A stretch of 64,000 nucleotides of DNA from Planctomycetota bacterium (GCA_016745075.1 JADGDD010000002.1:130034-194033), one strand, 5' to 3'; counted from the stretch's first letter, positions 42,143 through 53,189 are shown. A program made the numbers and translations. The notes: a model not told the origin generated them from the sequence alone.

Positions 42143-44587
42143 ATGTCGAGTGAAAATAGTGAACATAAGAAAGTCGTTTGTACGCATTGTGGTCTTGACG
42201 TTCCGCGCGGCTTACAGGTAGATGGCGCAGAACATCAATTTTGCTGTAGTGGTTGCCGTACCGTGTATGCATTATTGCATGACCAAGGCATGGGTGATTT
42301 TTATGACTTGCGAGAGAGCTGTGGCATTAGTCGGCCACAGGAACAGCAACCGCCAGAACCACTGTCAGTATCGCAGGCAGAAAGTGTAGAAGCGGCAATT
42401 GTACGTGATGAAAGCGGTCAGTGTTCTTTGCGTTTGTATGTGGCGGGTATTCATTGTGCAGCCTGTGTTTGGTTACTGGAACGTTTACCACAATTTGTTG
42501 ATGGAGTTATCAGCGCTCGTCTTCATTTTGCTGAAAGCCGCCTTGATGTGGTTTGGGATGAGGGCCGCGTTGATGGTCAAGCGGTAGTCCTCGGTATTAC
42601 TCGTTTAGGGTATACGCCCAGTGTTTGGGTTGATAATGAAGCGTGGCAACGTTCTCGAAAAGAGCGTCGCACATGGGTGTTACGTTTTGCCATTGCCGCC
42701 GCCTGTGCCATGGGGACTATGCATTTGGGACTCAATATTTTTGCCGGTGAATATACTCAAGATTTAAGTAGTGAAGGCGCAGCGTGGTTTGCATGGTTAT
42801 CATGTCTCGTATGCCTGCCTGTTATTGGTTATTGCGCTCAACCCTATTTTCGCGCTGCCCGTGCTGCGCTTCGTTTGCGGCAATTAAGTTTAGATGTCAA
42901 TATTGCCGTTGTTATTGCGGTCGGTTTTACTGCAAGTGTCTTTAATATGTTACGTGGCAGTACTGATCTCTATTTTGATGCCATTGCCATGTTTGTCTGC
43001 TTTTTGTTAGGTGGTCGTCTTATTTTATTATGGGCTCAAGATAAGACATTGCGACGCACAGATGCGATGGAACGTTTATTGCCATCACGAGCCAGAGTTG
43101 TGGGTGAGGAGAGCGCAAAAGAAACCACTCTTCAAGTAGAGAACTGTGGTCGATTGGTTCCGATAAATATGGTACAAGTGGGTGATTGCCTTGCTGTAGG
43201 GCATGGTGAAATTATTCCTTGTGATGGTGTGTTGGTTTCTTCGCAGGCAGAAATCAATGCGGCAGTACTCAGCGGAGAATCCCGTACACTTCATTGTACT
43301 GTTGGCCAAGAGCTCTTTGCTGGTTGTACGAATAGCGGAGATCCTTTGATTGTACGTGTTGGGGTTTTACAAGGACAGTCACGGATGGCGGTGTTACTGA
43401 ATCAATTACGAGAACAACAGCCATCACAAGACACCATGAGTTTGATGATCGAACGAGTGCAGGCTTACTTTGCTCCGTTGGTTGCTGTACTTGCCCTTGG
43501 TACATGGCTGTGGTGGGCACAGGAAAGCCAAGAAGCTGCGTGGACTCAGGCGCTTGCAATCATACTGGTCTGTTGTCCTTGTGCCCTTGGTCTGGCTGCA
43601 CCGCTTACTTGGGCAATTACAGTTATGCGTCTTGTGCGCAAAAAAATATTTGTTCGTAACCCGAGTGTCTTTGAACGTATTCATGTATTAGATCATGTGG
43701 TTTTTGATAAAACAGGAACGCTTACCGAAGGGAAAATGCGTGTTGCTAACTGGCAATGGACAGAACAAAATATTCTAGCGCCAGATTTATGCGAGTCATT
43801 AGTGCTAACGATTCAACAGCGTAGCGATCACCCAATCGCTCAAGCCATGACTCATTATTGTTTAGAACGTGTACGGCAGTTAGAGGACAGCTGTACAAAT
43901 ATCCAAGAAACAATAGGTCAAGGCATGTCTGCTGTGTATGCTGCAAAAACAATTCGCATAGGTAACAGTGCATGGCTTGATATGACATTGCCAGAAACAG
44001 AACAAATTTGTATCGGCATCAGTTACGATAGCACACTAGTCGCTCATGTCTTTATAGATGATGTTGTGCGCCCAGAAGCAGCAGACCTTGTTCAGCGGTT
44101 TACAAACCAAGGCACACAAGTGCACATGTGTTCTGGTGATCGTCAACAAGTCTGTACTCATATCGCCACGCAAATAGGTATCAAAGATGTGCAGGCCGAA
44201 CACAGTCCAGAAGACAAGGCAGCCTATATACAACAGCTTACAGGTACAGTGCTCATGGTTGGTGATGGCTTGAATGACAGCCTTGCCCTCAAAGAAGCTG
44301 ATATTTCGATAAGTGTGCGTGGTGGTTTAGAGGCAGCGCTTGGTAGTACCCACGCTTATCTTGCCGCTTCACCACTTGCCGATCTCGCCTCTTTGCTGAC
44401 AACGGCAGTCCGTGTACGAGCTACTGTCCGTTTGTGCCTCTGGGTATCGTTGCTCTACAATATCATCGGTGTTGTCTGTGTCGCCGCAGGCTGGTGGGGC
44501 CCACTCATCTGTGCCGTTGCCATGCCGCTCAGCTCCCTAAGTGTTATCGGTCTTGTTCTACTTCGTATCCCATCTCAGAATAAGTAA
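42143..44587 (+). CDS. Heavy-metal P1B-type ATPase, CcoI/FixI-like
   Basis: CTHCG..FCCSGC N-terminal domain, HMA IHCAAC, SGES, CPCAL, DKTGT, HP, GDGLND, YN. Confidence 0.88.
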   Translation: MSSENSEHKKVVCTHCGLDVPRGLQVDGAEHQFCCSGCRTVYALLHDQGMGDFYDLRESCGISRPQEQQPPEPLSVSQAESVEAAIVRDESGQCSLRLYVAGIHCAACVWLLERLPQFVDGVISARLHFAESRLDVVWDEGRVDGQAVVLGITRLGYTPSVWVDNEAWQRSRKERRTWVLRFAIAAACAMGTMHLGLNIFAGEYTQDLSSEGAAWFAWLSCLVCLPVIGYCAQPYFRAARAALRLRQLSLDVNIAVVIAVGFTASVFNMLRGSTDLYFDAIAMFVCFLLGGRLILLWAQDKTLRRTDAMERLLPSRARVVGEESAKETTLQVENCGRLVPINMVQVGDCLAVGHGEIIPCDGVLVSSQAEINAAVLSGESRTLHCTVGQELFAGCTNSGDPLIVRVGVLQGQSRMAVLLNQLREQQPSQDTMSLMIERVQAYFAPLVAVLALGTWLWWAQESQEAAWTQALAIILVCCPCALGLAAPLTWAITVMRLVRKKIFVRNPSVFERIHVLDHVVFDKTGTLTEGKMRVANWQWTEQNILAPDLCESLVLTIQQRSDHPIAQAMTHYCLERVRQLEDSCTNIQETIGQGMSAVYAAKTIRIGNSAWLDMTLPETEQICIGISYDSTLVAHVFIDDVVRPEAADLVQRFTNQGTQVHMCSGDRQQVCTHIATQIGIKDVQAEHSPEDKAAYIQQLTGTVLMVGDGLNDSLALKEADISISVRGGLEAALGSTHAYLAASPLADLASLLTTAVRVRATVRLCLWVSLLYNIIGVVCVAAGWWGPLICAVAMPLSSLSVIGLVLLRIPSQNK

Positions 44588-44670
44588 CCTTACAGAAGAC
44601 CGCTTCTATCAGTAAGCGGTAACTGATGTGACGATGCAAGAGAACCGCCACTCGACATTGTCTATTTGCC

Positions 44671-45222
44671 ATGACGATGCCGCTCATGAAGAAATTAGGC
44701 TGTCTGTTTTTTATCGTGATCTTGGCAGTGCTGGCTGTTGAGGGCTGGGTGCTTACCCTCGTTGCGGATTGGTGGCGACCAGGAGCAGACTCAGAATACT
44801 TTGGAGCCATTCTGGTGCTTATTGGTCTGAGCATCTTTGGCGTAACTTTGGTGCGTAAAAAAGCTGCTTCTATTATGCCATCAGTAATGGCAGGAGATTT
44901 TGGTGGTGCTGCCGTTGGGTTATTAGGTGGCATACTTATTATCATTCCCGGGTTTATTACCGGAGCCATTGGACTACTCGCGCAATTGCCACCTGTACAA
45001 AAAATGTTCGCAAAAACAGCGGGCACTATTATGGGTGCAGTGATCCGTCAGATGGTTGGACGTATGGGCGGGCAAATGCCCGGCATGGGTGCAGGTATGC
45101 CAGGTGGTTTTCCCGGAGGGTTTCCAGGTATGCCAACAGGCGGTTTGACCCCAGATGAATCTATCCCAAAACCACATAAGAAAGTAAAGGGTGGCCGTAC
45201 CTTTGATGTACGGAAAGAGTAA
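44671..45222 (+). CDS. fxsA: FxsA-family membrane protein with a Gly/Met/Pro-rich tail
   Basis: GGILIIIPGFIT motif and TM helices. Confidence 0.6.
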   Translation: MTMPLMKKLGCLFFIVILAVLAVEGWVLTLVADWWRPGADSEYFGAILVLIGLSIFGVTLVRKKAASIMPSVMAGDFGGAAVGLLGGILIIIPGFITGAIGLLAQLPPVQKMFAKTAGTIMGAVIRQMVGRMGGQMPGMGAGMPGGFPGGFPGMPTGGLTPDESIPKPHKKVKGGRTFDVRKE

Positions 45223-45287
45223 TCTTTAAGAAACGTTTTTTGTTCTGTTTTTTTGCGATTAATGACGGTAGGTACAGTAGAGAAGCC

Positions 45288-46136
45288 TTAGCCGACCGCT
45301 GCTGCGGGCCTGCCGATAGCTTGATGCATAGCCATAATATCGTCAAGTAATGCACCCAGCTCATTTAGAGCAATCATATTTGGCCCATCACTTTTTGCGA
45401 TGCTGGGGTCTATATGCGTTTCTACAAAAAGCCCTTCTACCCCAACGGCCATAGCAGCCCGAGCCATAGAGGGAGCAAGATAGCCGTTACCGCCAGAGCT
45501 GGTGCCGTTGCCGCCGGGTGCCTGTACAGAGTGGGTGGCATCATAAATAACAGGTACACCGCAGGAACGGATAATAGGGAGGGCGCGCATATCGCTCACC
45601 AAGGTATTGTAGCCAAAGCTGGTGCCGCGTTCAATGATAATGAGTTTGCCAGCACCTGCGCGGCTTTGATATTTATCTATCAATGGGCGGCAATCCCATG
45701 GAGCCATAAACTGGCCTTTTTTGATACTGGTTGGCAGGCCGCTGTCTGCACAGGCGAGAACCAAATCTGTTTGCCGAGATAAGAGCGCCGGTAATTGAAT
45801 AAGGTCAACGGTCTGGGCAAGCGCTTCAACTTGATGGACTTCATGAACATCGGTGGTAATAGGTAGGCCCGTTTCTGTGCGAACATCAGCCAGCATCCGC
45901 AATCCTTCGATGAGGCCTGGTCCACGAAAGCCTTCATGGCTTGTGCGGTTGGCTTTATCAAAGCTGGCTTTAAAAATAATAGGTACATCTTTTTCTTTGG
46001 AGAGCGCTGCTAGTTGCTTGCCAATCGTGTGTAGAATTTCTTCGCTTTCAATGACGCAGGGACCAAAAATAAATACGGGTTTTTCACCACCGATAAGATG
46101 TGAGTCAGTAATACGAACAGGAGTAATGGCAGTCAT
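45288..46136 (-). CDS. kdsA: KDO-8-phosphate synthase
   Basis: GPCVIES, KASFDKANRTS, TDVHE, KKGQF, ERG, DATHSVQ, SDG. Confidence 0.95.
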   Translation of the reverse strand: MTAITPVRITDSHLIGGEKPVFIFGPCVIESEEILHTIGKQLAALSKEKDVPIIFKASFDKANRTSHEGFRGPGLIEGLRMLADVRTETGLPITTDVHEVHQVEALAQTVDLIQLPALLSRQTDLVLACADSGLPTSIKKGQFMAPWDCRPLIDKYQSRAGAGKLIIIERGTSFGYNTLVSDMRALPIIRSCGVPVIYDATHSVQAPGGNGTSSGGNGYLAPSMARAAMAVGVEGLFVETHIDPSIAKSDGPNMIALNELGALLDDIMAMHQAIGRPAAAVG

Positions 46137-46272
46137 GGCAAAATCTCAGAAAGGAGGCAGCAGGAGAATGTTAGCATAGTCTGAACGAATAGAAGCTGGG
46201 CAAGTTGAAAGAATTTGGGAGCAAACAGCCACTTGCCTTAGAACGACTGTGTGCAGAGTGATAAAGAGACAC

Positions 46273-47526
46273 ATGGCAGATATTTTCGGACGCATCAAAC
46301 AGCATATAGGCAAGGTTATCTTGCTTGGGGCATTCCTGACTGCCGCGGTAGGGTGTATTGCGTTTTTTCTCGCGTTTCGTCCTTGTGCGGTGCAGCTTTC
46401 TGAAGGTGATATGTTTACCTACACCGTTCGTACAGAAGAAACAGTCTTGCTGTCTGTGCCGCGTGATGAAGGTGGCGTGGTTGTTGAGCGTGGTAAAACA
46501 CGAGTGTCTGAAGAAGAAGTTGTTTTATTATGCGTTGGCCCAAACAATGAAGTGGTTATGGTTGGTCAACGTGCGGATGGTGGGTTTGGAGATCAAATTC
46601 AACATCTACGAATAGACAAACGTGGTAAAGTACAGTCAGCAGGCCCAGCCCAGCAAACATCAAATGGGCTATCAGGGCCACAAACTGGTGTATCTGCTAA
46701 AAGTGTGGTTGGTCGTTTTTTTGATTTTAATTTATTGCCCTTACCCGAAAGTATTGAGCAAGAGTGGACAGTGCCTATTACCTATGGGGCATTGCCGGCA
46801 CCACAAAATGTGGTGGATGCGCGGGTGAAGCGTGTTGAAAATGGTTTACATCCGTTGTTTGAAATGAAGATCGATTCAGTTGAATGGGTGGAAGACCGTT
46901 CTAGACGAACCGAACATTATAACCGTTTAGCAGATGCACGTTGTCGTTATCGTTATAATTCTCGTCAGAACCTTGTAAGTGAGGCCGATTTTTTCTGTCG
47001 TTATGCCCAAGAAAATCCATATTCAAAAGAATATGATGAAATTGAAGTTGCCGTGCAAATGCGTTTGCGTGAATGGAAACAAAACGAACGTCCAGAAATC
47101 ATTTCTGATTTAGCACTCGCATCCGTGCGTGTGCAACAGGGTGGTATTCATGCAGAACAGCAGAGAAAACTCATTCGGCATTTGGTTTCGCAAGCAGAGT
47201 CTGCACCACGATTACAGGCTTTGGCTCGCCGTTTAGCTGGCATGGAGGCAGGAAGTAATTCTACAACAGGTCGGCTTCAGCGTGCAGCTGCTCAAGAAGG
47301 CTGGGCGGTACAGGTGGCAAGTGTGCCTAGGGCACGTCGTCCACGTGCACAGCAAGTTGTTGATGGCTTGCGTGAAGAAGGGTATCAAGCATGGCTGCGA
47401 GAAAAAGGTCAGTATGTGACGATCTGTGTAGGCCCATGGGCGCAAAAAAATAAATCTGCGATGCATAAATTGCAGCAAAAATTTGCCAGCCAGCAACCAT
47501 TTTGGATTAAGGTCAATGTTCGCTAA
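46273..47526 (+). CDS. Membrane-anchored protein with a C-terminal SPOR domain
   Basis: N-terminal TM; C-terminal WAVQVAS...LREEGY...ICVGPW. Start moved to ATG 46273. Confidence 0.7.
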   Translation: MADIFGRIKQHIGKVILLGAFLTAAVGCIAFFLAFRPCAVQLSEGDMFTYTVRTEETVLLSVPRDEGGVVVERGKTRVSEEEVVLLCVGPNNEVVMVGQRADGGFGDQIQHLRIDKRGKVQSAGPAQQTSNGLSGPQTGVSAKSVVGRFFDFNLLPLPESIEQEWTVPITYGALPAPQNVVDARVKRVENGLHPLFEMKIDSVEWVEDRSRRTEHYNRLADARCRYRYNSRQNLVSEADFFCRYAQENPYSKEYDEIEVAVQMRLREWKQNERPEIISDLALASVRVQQGGIHAEQQRKLIRHLVSQAESAPRLQALARRLAGMEAGSNSTTGRLQRAAAQEGWAVQVASVPRARRPRAQQVVDGLREEGYQAWLREKGQYVTICVGPWAQKNKSAMHKLQQKFASQQPFWIKVNVR

Positions 47527-48691
47527 ACACAGGTTCGCTCAACAAATATTTGTTAAACAATGGCGTTCTCTTTGTCTCTCTGCTTGTATCTACTACGGCA
47601 TCTGTAACGGATTGATTGGCCACCAAGTTGCAGCAGCAGAAGTCGTAGCTATTGATTTGGCAGAGATATATGCGGCACAGACTCTTGAGATAAAAGACCA
47701 GCATTTAAGAGAACAGTGGGAGTCTTTATTTGCTACAGATCCAGGTTGGATACCAGAACGTATACTGTGGATTCGAGAATCAGATCAGGCGCAGCGTTTA
47801 TTAGCAGCACGTTTGCTGTACCGTGGCAAGCCGTGGAAAGTGCTTCGCCGTCGCTACCCTGCTGATGAAAAATCAGAAGTTTCCGTGAACGATGGCTTCG
47901 TACAGGACCATATTTTACGAGAGTGGCGCTGGAATCCCTCCTTAGCCTATATTCCTGTATATGAGAAATATATCGCTAGTGATATGGAACCTCGGTATAT
48001 TCTGCAAGCTTTGATCAATTTAGAGGAACTTGCACCAGAACGTGCCTTTTCCTTGGGTTTGCGATTATTAGATGAAGATGCTCAAGACGCATTGCCACAA
48101 GCAAAACTCGCGTCTATGCGTCGGCAAGCCTTGGCCTTTGTTGTGCAACATGCCCAGACACAGATTGTTGAGCAAGCTCCACATCCACATACAGCCATCT
48201 GTGCAGCGTTAGAACGGGCACTTACCCAAGGCAGTGATCGAGATCGTTTTGCTGCCTGCCAAGTGCTACACGGTCAGGCATGGTGTTTACCCTTTCACCA
48301 ACTTGCTTTGGATGTGCTCTTGAGCCGTTACAAGGAACAACGTTTATCAGAGGTTGATCGATTAGCACTTGTGACCTTGCTTGCTCAGAGTGATGCCTTG
48401 TCATTGAAAGCGAGAGTCGAGAGCTTTATTGGTATTGTTGAAAAAGCAGAACCAGCGCTGGCTATTTTATCTGCATCAATTCTTGGGCGAACAGGGATGC
48501 TTGTTCCAGAACAGCGCCGTCGGTTGATCGCGCTCGCTAGCCTGCGTGTTGACCGTACCAGTTCTTTACCATTACGAGAAGCCTTACTTGGTTTGCTTGC
48601 AAGATTGGACCCCAAAACAGCTCAAGAAAAAGCGGGTGTAGACAGCCCATGGGTTGATTTATCTGCTCACAGAAAAGATTTACGTCGCTAA
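47516..48691 (+). CDS. Hypothetical helical (HEAT-like) protein, probably exported
   Basis: Long ORF overlapping the end of the SPOR gene; signal-like segment ending VAA-AE; start uncertain. Confidence 0.55.
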   Translation: MFAKHRFAQQIFVKQWRSLCLSACIYYGICNGLIGHQVAAAEVVAIDLAEIYAAQTLEIKDQHLREQWESLFATDPGWIPERILWIRESDQAQRLLAARLLYRGKPWKVLRRRYPADEKSEVSVNDGFVQDHILREWRWNPSLAYIPVYEKYIASDMEPRYILQALINLEELAPERAFSLGLRLLDEDAQDALPQAKLASMRRQALAFVVQHAQTQIVEQAPHPHTAICAALERALTQGSDRDRFAACQVLHGQAWCLPFHQLALDVLLSRYKEQRLSEVDRLALVTLLAQSDALSLKARVESFIGIVEKAEPALAILSASILGRTGMLVPEQRRRLIALASLRVDRTSSLPLREALLGLLARLDPKTAQEKAGVDSPWVDLSAHRKDLRR

Positions 48692-51600
48692 CTCTTCTGC
48701 AAGTTTTTTGATCTGAGCTAAATCGCGTTTGCCAGTTCCTAACAGGGGTATCTTATCTACTTGGAAAAAGTCTCGTGTTTTTGGGCGGAAAATGGGTGGT
48801 AATTCATTATCAGCGTTAATGGTCTTGAGTATATCATCGGCAGAAATGCTACAGGTGGTATGTAGAACGATTAAGCGCTCTCCTCTATTATTGTCTGGAA
48901 CTGCTGCGACGGCTAATTGGCACTCGTCCTCTTCTGGTAATACGGAAAGAAGTGCTTCTTCTACATTGTCGAGTGGAACCATTTCCCCGCCAATTTTCGC
49001 AAAACGGGCCATACGGCCAGTAATATAGACAAAACCATCTTTATCTATGCGGCCAATATCACCAGTATTATAGCCACCATGAATAAAAGCTTCTTGGGTT
49101 TTATCAGCTTGGCCAAGATACCCTGCCATACGGCTTGGAGAACGAGCAATGAGCAACCCTTCTTCCTGTGGATTGAGTCTGTCGAGTGTTTCTGGATGAA
49201 CGGTAAACATGTTAATGCCAGGCAGTGGTCGACCAATAGAACCGTCTCGCGAGCCAGGTTCACGTATACCATCACGTGCTGTATTGGGAATATTACAAGC
49301 TACAACCGGAGACATTTCAGTGCAGCCATAGCCTTCTAGTAAATCTGCTTGATAACGGTCCTTAAATTGTTCGCGTAAATCTGCGGGGCATTTTTCTGCG
49401 CCAACAACAGCAAAGCGTAAGGCGGAGAATTGCTCTGGTTCAATGCGACGCATCCATGTACGAGCAAAGGTAGGTGTTCCAAGTAAAAAGGTAGCGGAAC
49501 ATTGTTGAGCAAGTGCTCCTAATGCTTTACCGTCCATAGGGTTTGCCTGACCAGCAATAGCAAATCCACGAGTAAGTCCTAACCACATGCCAGGCGTTAA
49601 ACCAAAACTATGGAATAATGGTAGTGGACTTAATATAACATCTTCACCACTACGGAGATTTAATAAAGAAATAACAGCATCACAGTTTGCCAAAATATTT
49701 TTATGAGTCAGTTGTACGCCTTTTGGTGTACCAGTTGAGCCAGATGAGAAAATAATGGTAGCTATGTCATCAGCGCGTGAAACATCAAGTATACGACTAG
49801 GGAGAAGGATCGTTTTTAACAGAGCATAGATAATAGGCAGACCCTTAATGCTTGGTAATAATTCCTCTGCATAGAGCGTGCGTGCTTCTGTTTCCGGTGC
49901 TTTGATTTTCCGCATGTAGAGTTTTGAGCTGATAACAGTAGAGATTTCAGCACGTTCACACATAGTGTGTAATGTATCTGCGCCAACAGTATGGTTGAGA
50001 TTTACAGCCGTACGACCAGAAAGAGCTACGGCAAGATTTATGATAGTTCCAGCCCGTCCTGGTGGCAACATAATACCAATGGTTTTATCGGTAGCAGTGA
50101 GTCCCAGTTTTGGAATAAGAGCCAAAGCGGCAGAGGCGAGTTGCAGACGGTTGAGTGAGCCTTGGGCATCAACGACAGCTGTACGGAAAGGATGACGTTT
50201 TGCATGACATAAAAATGCAGCTCCAAGTGTTGCTTGGTTGTGATCTATGCGAGCTTGAGCGTTATCATAACCAAGAGCTTGTACCGCTTGCTGAGCATGT
50301 GCTGCTGTGGTCTCTGCATCTAAAGCGGTGCCCAAACGAAGGGCGACCTTTCTCCGAATATGCGGGGCCGCACGTTTAGCACTGCGGCTGGTAAAGGTAC
50401 CGTAGAGGCCATCAAGATGAGCAGGGATAACAGGGACACCAGCGCGTGCGGCAATCCGTTCCATGCCGCCTTGGAAACGATCCATTTGTCCACTGCGGCT
50501 CAGTTTGCCCTCTGGGAATATGACTACTACTTCACCATTCTTGGCAGCTTCCACCGCAAGGTCTATAGAAGCAACGAGAGCCCGCCGTTTATCACCACCA
50601 TCAATTGGGATTGCGCCCATAGCTCGGAGAAAGAAACCAATAACGGGCATATCAATAAATGTTTTAAATATGAGAAAACGCCCCGGACGTGGTAAGGCAG
50701 CTGCTAAAACAACACCATCGGCATAGCTGACGTGGTTACAAACAATCAAGCAGCCACCCTGTTTTGGGAGATGTTCTGCACCGTTGAGTTTTATTTTGAA
50801 GAAAAAACGAACAATCATGGTAACGGCCCATGCTGCTAAATGGTGTCGATAGACGCAGACAGGAATCAATAGAATGCCAAGAATAGTACAGCCAAATATT
50901 TTTAGAAGAGTGGCATCACCGGCTGCACTTGCGAAGTAGAGAAATGAAAAACCGAGTATTAAACCAACAGTACCAATAAGACTGCTTGCAGCAAAAACCT
51001 GTCCTCGTTTTTCAAGAGGTGCGCGTTGTTGCAATAAAACATTTAAAGGGACCAGCCACAAACTACCACCCATGCCAGCAACGGTTAAGGATATAAGAAA
51101 ACTACTGAGTGAACCCTGTGTAATAGCTTGGCCCATAGCGAGAACACCAAAGCCGGCAATCCCAGCTCCAACGCATGGCAAGCCTGCCGGCCAAGCACGG
51201 TTAATGAAACGTGGTGCACTTATCGCAGCAAGGCCCATAGCTACGGCCAATAATCCGTTAATCATGATAGCATGGCTGGTGCTGAGGCCAAAGGCTTGCA
51301 CAGCGGCATTGGTCATAGTGATGTCAATGACAGCAGCCAGAGTCCAGAAGCCACCAATACATAAAGCCGGTATCCATAAGCCTTGGGCACAGGATAAAAC
51401 ACGAAATTGTTGCAGGAGTGAAAGTGGCCGGATTGGAGTGGTGGGGTTTGCTGCGTCTGGGGTGCGCACAACAAAGGCTCCAGCAATCCCGCAGAGAGCA
51501 ACGATGATGCTTACCGTACACAACATTATCGTTGGTGATAAGATCGAACCCGTGTAGATCGGCAATTCTGGATCAATAAGTGCTGCACAGGCAATGCCAA

Positions 51601-52054
51601 TTAAAATAGATGCATTTGTTGCAGCCTGCAAACGCCCATTTGCCTGTTCCAATTGTTTTTCCGCAACCAGTTCAGGAATGACAGCATATTTTACTGGAGC
51701 AAAAAGAGCGCTTTGTATACCAAAGCCACACACAGCGACGTGGAGAAGCAAGCTATGTTCTTGGGCAATGGCAAGTATACCGAGGAGGCAGAGTGCTGGC
51801 TCAATTAAACGAACCGCACGAATGAGTGTTTGTTTAGGAAAACGGTCGGAAAGTGTTCCAGCTAATGGGGCAAATAGGAGGAAAGGAACGATAAAAAATA
51901 GCCCTAAAAGTGCTCCGGCTTCCGTTCCAGAAGCCTGGCCAAGACCGGCAATAGCACCCGAGAGAATAAGGTTCTTGCCTGCATGGCGAAAGATGTTGTC
52001 ATTGATGGCTCCGGCACTGAGACTGGCGAGGTGGCCTGCAAAGGGTTTGTTCAT
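48680..52054 (-). CDS. aas: Aas-type fusion: LplT-like MFS + PlsC acyltransferase + acyl-ACP synthetase
   Basis: MFS TM block, NHVSYAD, IFPEG, FSSGSTGTPKG, EGYGCTE, YNTGD, RFAKIGGEMV, GTGK. Confidence 0.92.
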   Translation of the reverse strand: MNKPFAGHLASLSAGAINDNIFRHAGKNLILSGAIAGLGQASGTEAGALLGLFFIVPFLLFAPLAGTLSDRFPKQTLIRAVRLIEPALCLLGILAIAQEHSLLLHVAVCGFGIQSALFAPVKYAVIPELVAEKQLEQANGRLQAATNASILIGIACAALIDPELPIYTGSILSPTIMLCTVSIIVALCGIAGAFVVRTPDAANPTTPIRPLSLLQQFRVLSCAQGLWIPALCIGGFWTLAAVIDITMTNAAVQAFGLSTSHAIMINGLLAVAMGLAAISAPRFINRAWPAGLPCVGAGIAGFGVLAMGQAITQGSLSSFLISLTVAGMGGSLWLVPLNVLLQQRAPLEKRGQVFAASSLIGTVGLILGFSFLYFASAAGDATLLKIFGCTILGILLIPVCVYRHHLAAWAVTMIVRFFFKIKLNGAEHLPKQGGCLIVCNHVSYADGVVLAAALPRPGRFLIFKTFIDMPVIGFFLRAMGAIPIDGGDKRRALVASIDLAVEAAKNGEVVVIFPEGKLSRSGQMDRFQGGMERIAARAGVPVIPAHLDGLYGTFTSRSAKRAAPHIRRKVALRLGTALDAETTAAHAQQAVQALGYDNAQARIDHNQATLGAAFLCHAKRHPFRTAVVDAQGSLNRLQLASAALALIPKLGLTATDKTIGIMLPPGRAGTIINLAVALSGRTAVNLNHTVGADTLHTMCERAEISTVISSKLYMRKIKAPETEARTLYAEELLPSIKGLPIIYALLKTILLPSRILDVSRADDIATIIFSSGSTGTPKGVQLTHKNILANCDAVISLLNLRSGEDVILSPLPLFHSFGLTPGMWLGLTRGFAIAGQANPMDGKALGALAQQCSATFLLGTPTFARTWMRRIEPEQFSALRFAVVGAEKCPADLREQFKDRYQADLLEGYGCTEMSPVVACNIPNTARDGIREPGSRDGSIGRPLPGINMFTVHPETLDRLNPQEEGLLIARSPSRMAGYLGQADKTQEAFIHGGYNTGDIGRIDKDGFVYITGRMARFAKIGGEMVPLDNVEEALLSVLPEEDECQLAVAAVPDNNRGERLIVLHTTCSISADDILKTINADNELPPIFRPKTRDFFQVDKIPLLGTGKRDLAQIKKLAEELAT

Positions 52055-52258
52055 GGAAATCTCCTATTGTCTGCCGATAAGATAACGACTGATTACAAAT
52101 GGTCAATCTCTTTTATTATCTCATTATCCGCTTGACCGCGGCCATTCTGTGAGTCATCATGAAACAGTAAGCAATAGCGCTATCTTGATATGTAGAGCTC
52201 ACTGTTGGCGTTTAAGCCAAACGGGCTTGGGAAGCGCTGTGATGAAACGGAGAGAAAT

Positions 52259-52588
52259 ATGACAGATTTACAGATTCGTGAGCAAGATGGTGCAACCGTC
52301 ATAGAAGTTGTTGAAACTGAATGCGGTGCTTTGTGGCAAACCATCGGGCCACTTGTTTCCGAAAGCAAGAAAGCCATTGTTCTCGATTTTGTTTCAGTCA
52401 GCTACTTAAATTCTATGAATATTGCAGCAATTATTTCTTTGCGCAATAAAATCACTACTGGTGGCTCAACACTTGCTCTTGCAAATGTTCAAGAAAATAT
52501 CCGTTCTGTGTTTCGTATTTTGCGTCTAGAAAAATTATTCAACCTCGATCTTGATCTCAATGAGGCTCTTGCTTCATTAAAAGAGTAG
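52259..52588 (+). CDS. STAS-domain anti-sigma factor antagonist
   Basis: IVLDFVSVSYLNS, IRSVFRILRL; GGAG RBS before ATG 52259. Confidence 0.8.
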   Translation: MTDLQIREQDGATVIEVVETECGALWQTIGPLVSESKKAIVLDFVSVSYLNSMNIAAIISLRNKITTGGSTLALANVQENIRSVFRILRLEKLFNLDLDLNEALASLKE

Positions 52589-52666
52589 AACTCGCAGAGG
52601 GGCTTTTTCAGGCGTTGGCCTGTTAATGGTGCACTGTGCTCAGCAGGTACAATAAATTTTATTATG

Positions 52667-52696
52667 AATAAAGCCTCTATTGAGAGGCTTTATTTT
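52667..52696. terminator. Bidirectional terminator between the STAS gene and moaC
   Basis: AATAAAGCCTCT-ATTG-AGAGGCTTTATT. Confidence 0.75.
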
Positions 52697-53169
52697 TGGG
52701 TGCGCTGTATGTCCCCACTTTTGCCGCCACTTTTCCGAATAAGTTCAGTTGGTCCAATGCTCATGTCGTGGCTAATTGCCTTGAGCATATCATAAATAGT
52801 TAGCGCACAGACAGAAGCAGCGGTGAGCGCTTCCATTTCTACACCAGTTTGTCCGTGACAATCAACGGTGGCCGTAATGTGTAGAGTGTTGCCCTTGAGC
52901 ACCATATCGAGATCAGCTTTGCTAATAGAGAGCGGATGACAGAGTGGAATAAGATTGGATGTTTGCTTGGCGGCCATGATGCCAGCGAGTCTGGCGACCT
53001 GTAATACATTACCTTTGCGGGTTTCACCGCCGCTGGCAAGCACGCTCCGACATTCTTCTGGTAAAACCACCGCACTAACAGCAGTGGCAGAACGTTTGGT
53101 GATGGTCTTATCGCCAACATCAACCATGTGTGGATTACCGTCACCGCGTAAATGTGTCAGTTTGCTCAT
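52690..53169 (-). CDS. moaC: Cyclic pyranopterin monophosphate synthase
   Basis: LTH, MVDV, LIPLCHP, TGVEMEAL, IYDMLKA, KSGG. Confidence 0.95.
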   Translation of the reverse strand: MSKLTHLRGDGNPHMVDVGDKTITKRSATAVSAVVLPEECRSVLASGGETRKGNVLQVARLAGIMAAKQTSNLIPLCHPLSISKADLDMVLKGNTLHITATVDCHGQTGVEMEALTAASVCALTIYDMLKAISHDMSIGPTELIRKSGGKSGDIQRTQK

Positions 53170-53189
53170 GGGGAAAGTCTCTGTTATTC

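Noticed and set aside
41935..42153. 72-aa ORF upstream of the ATPase
   Set aside because: AT-rich, no RBS or motif, overlaps the ATPase start; more likely promoter region.
45060..45150. Gly/Met/Pro repeats in the fxsA-like gene as a DNA repeat or CRISPR
   Set aside because: Degenerate coding low-complexity sequence with no repeat-spacer structure.
48680..52054. MFS-acyltransferase-synthetase fusion as a novelty
   Set aside because: This three-domain Aas architecture is already known.
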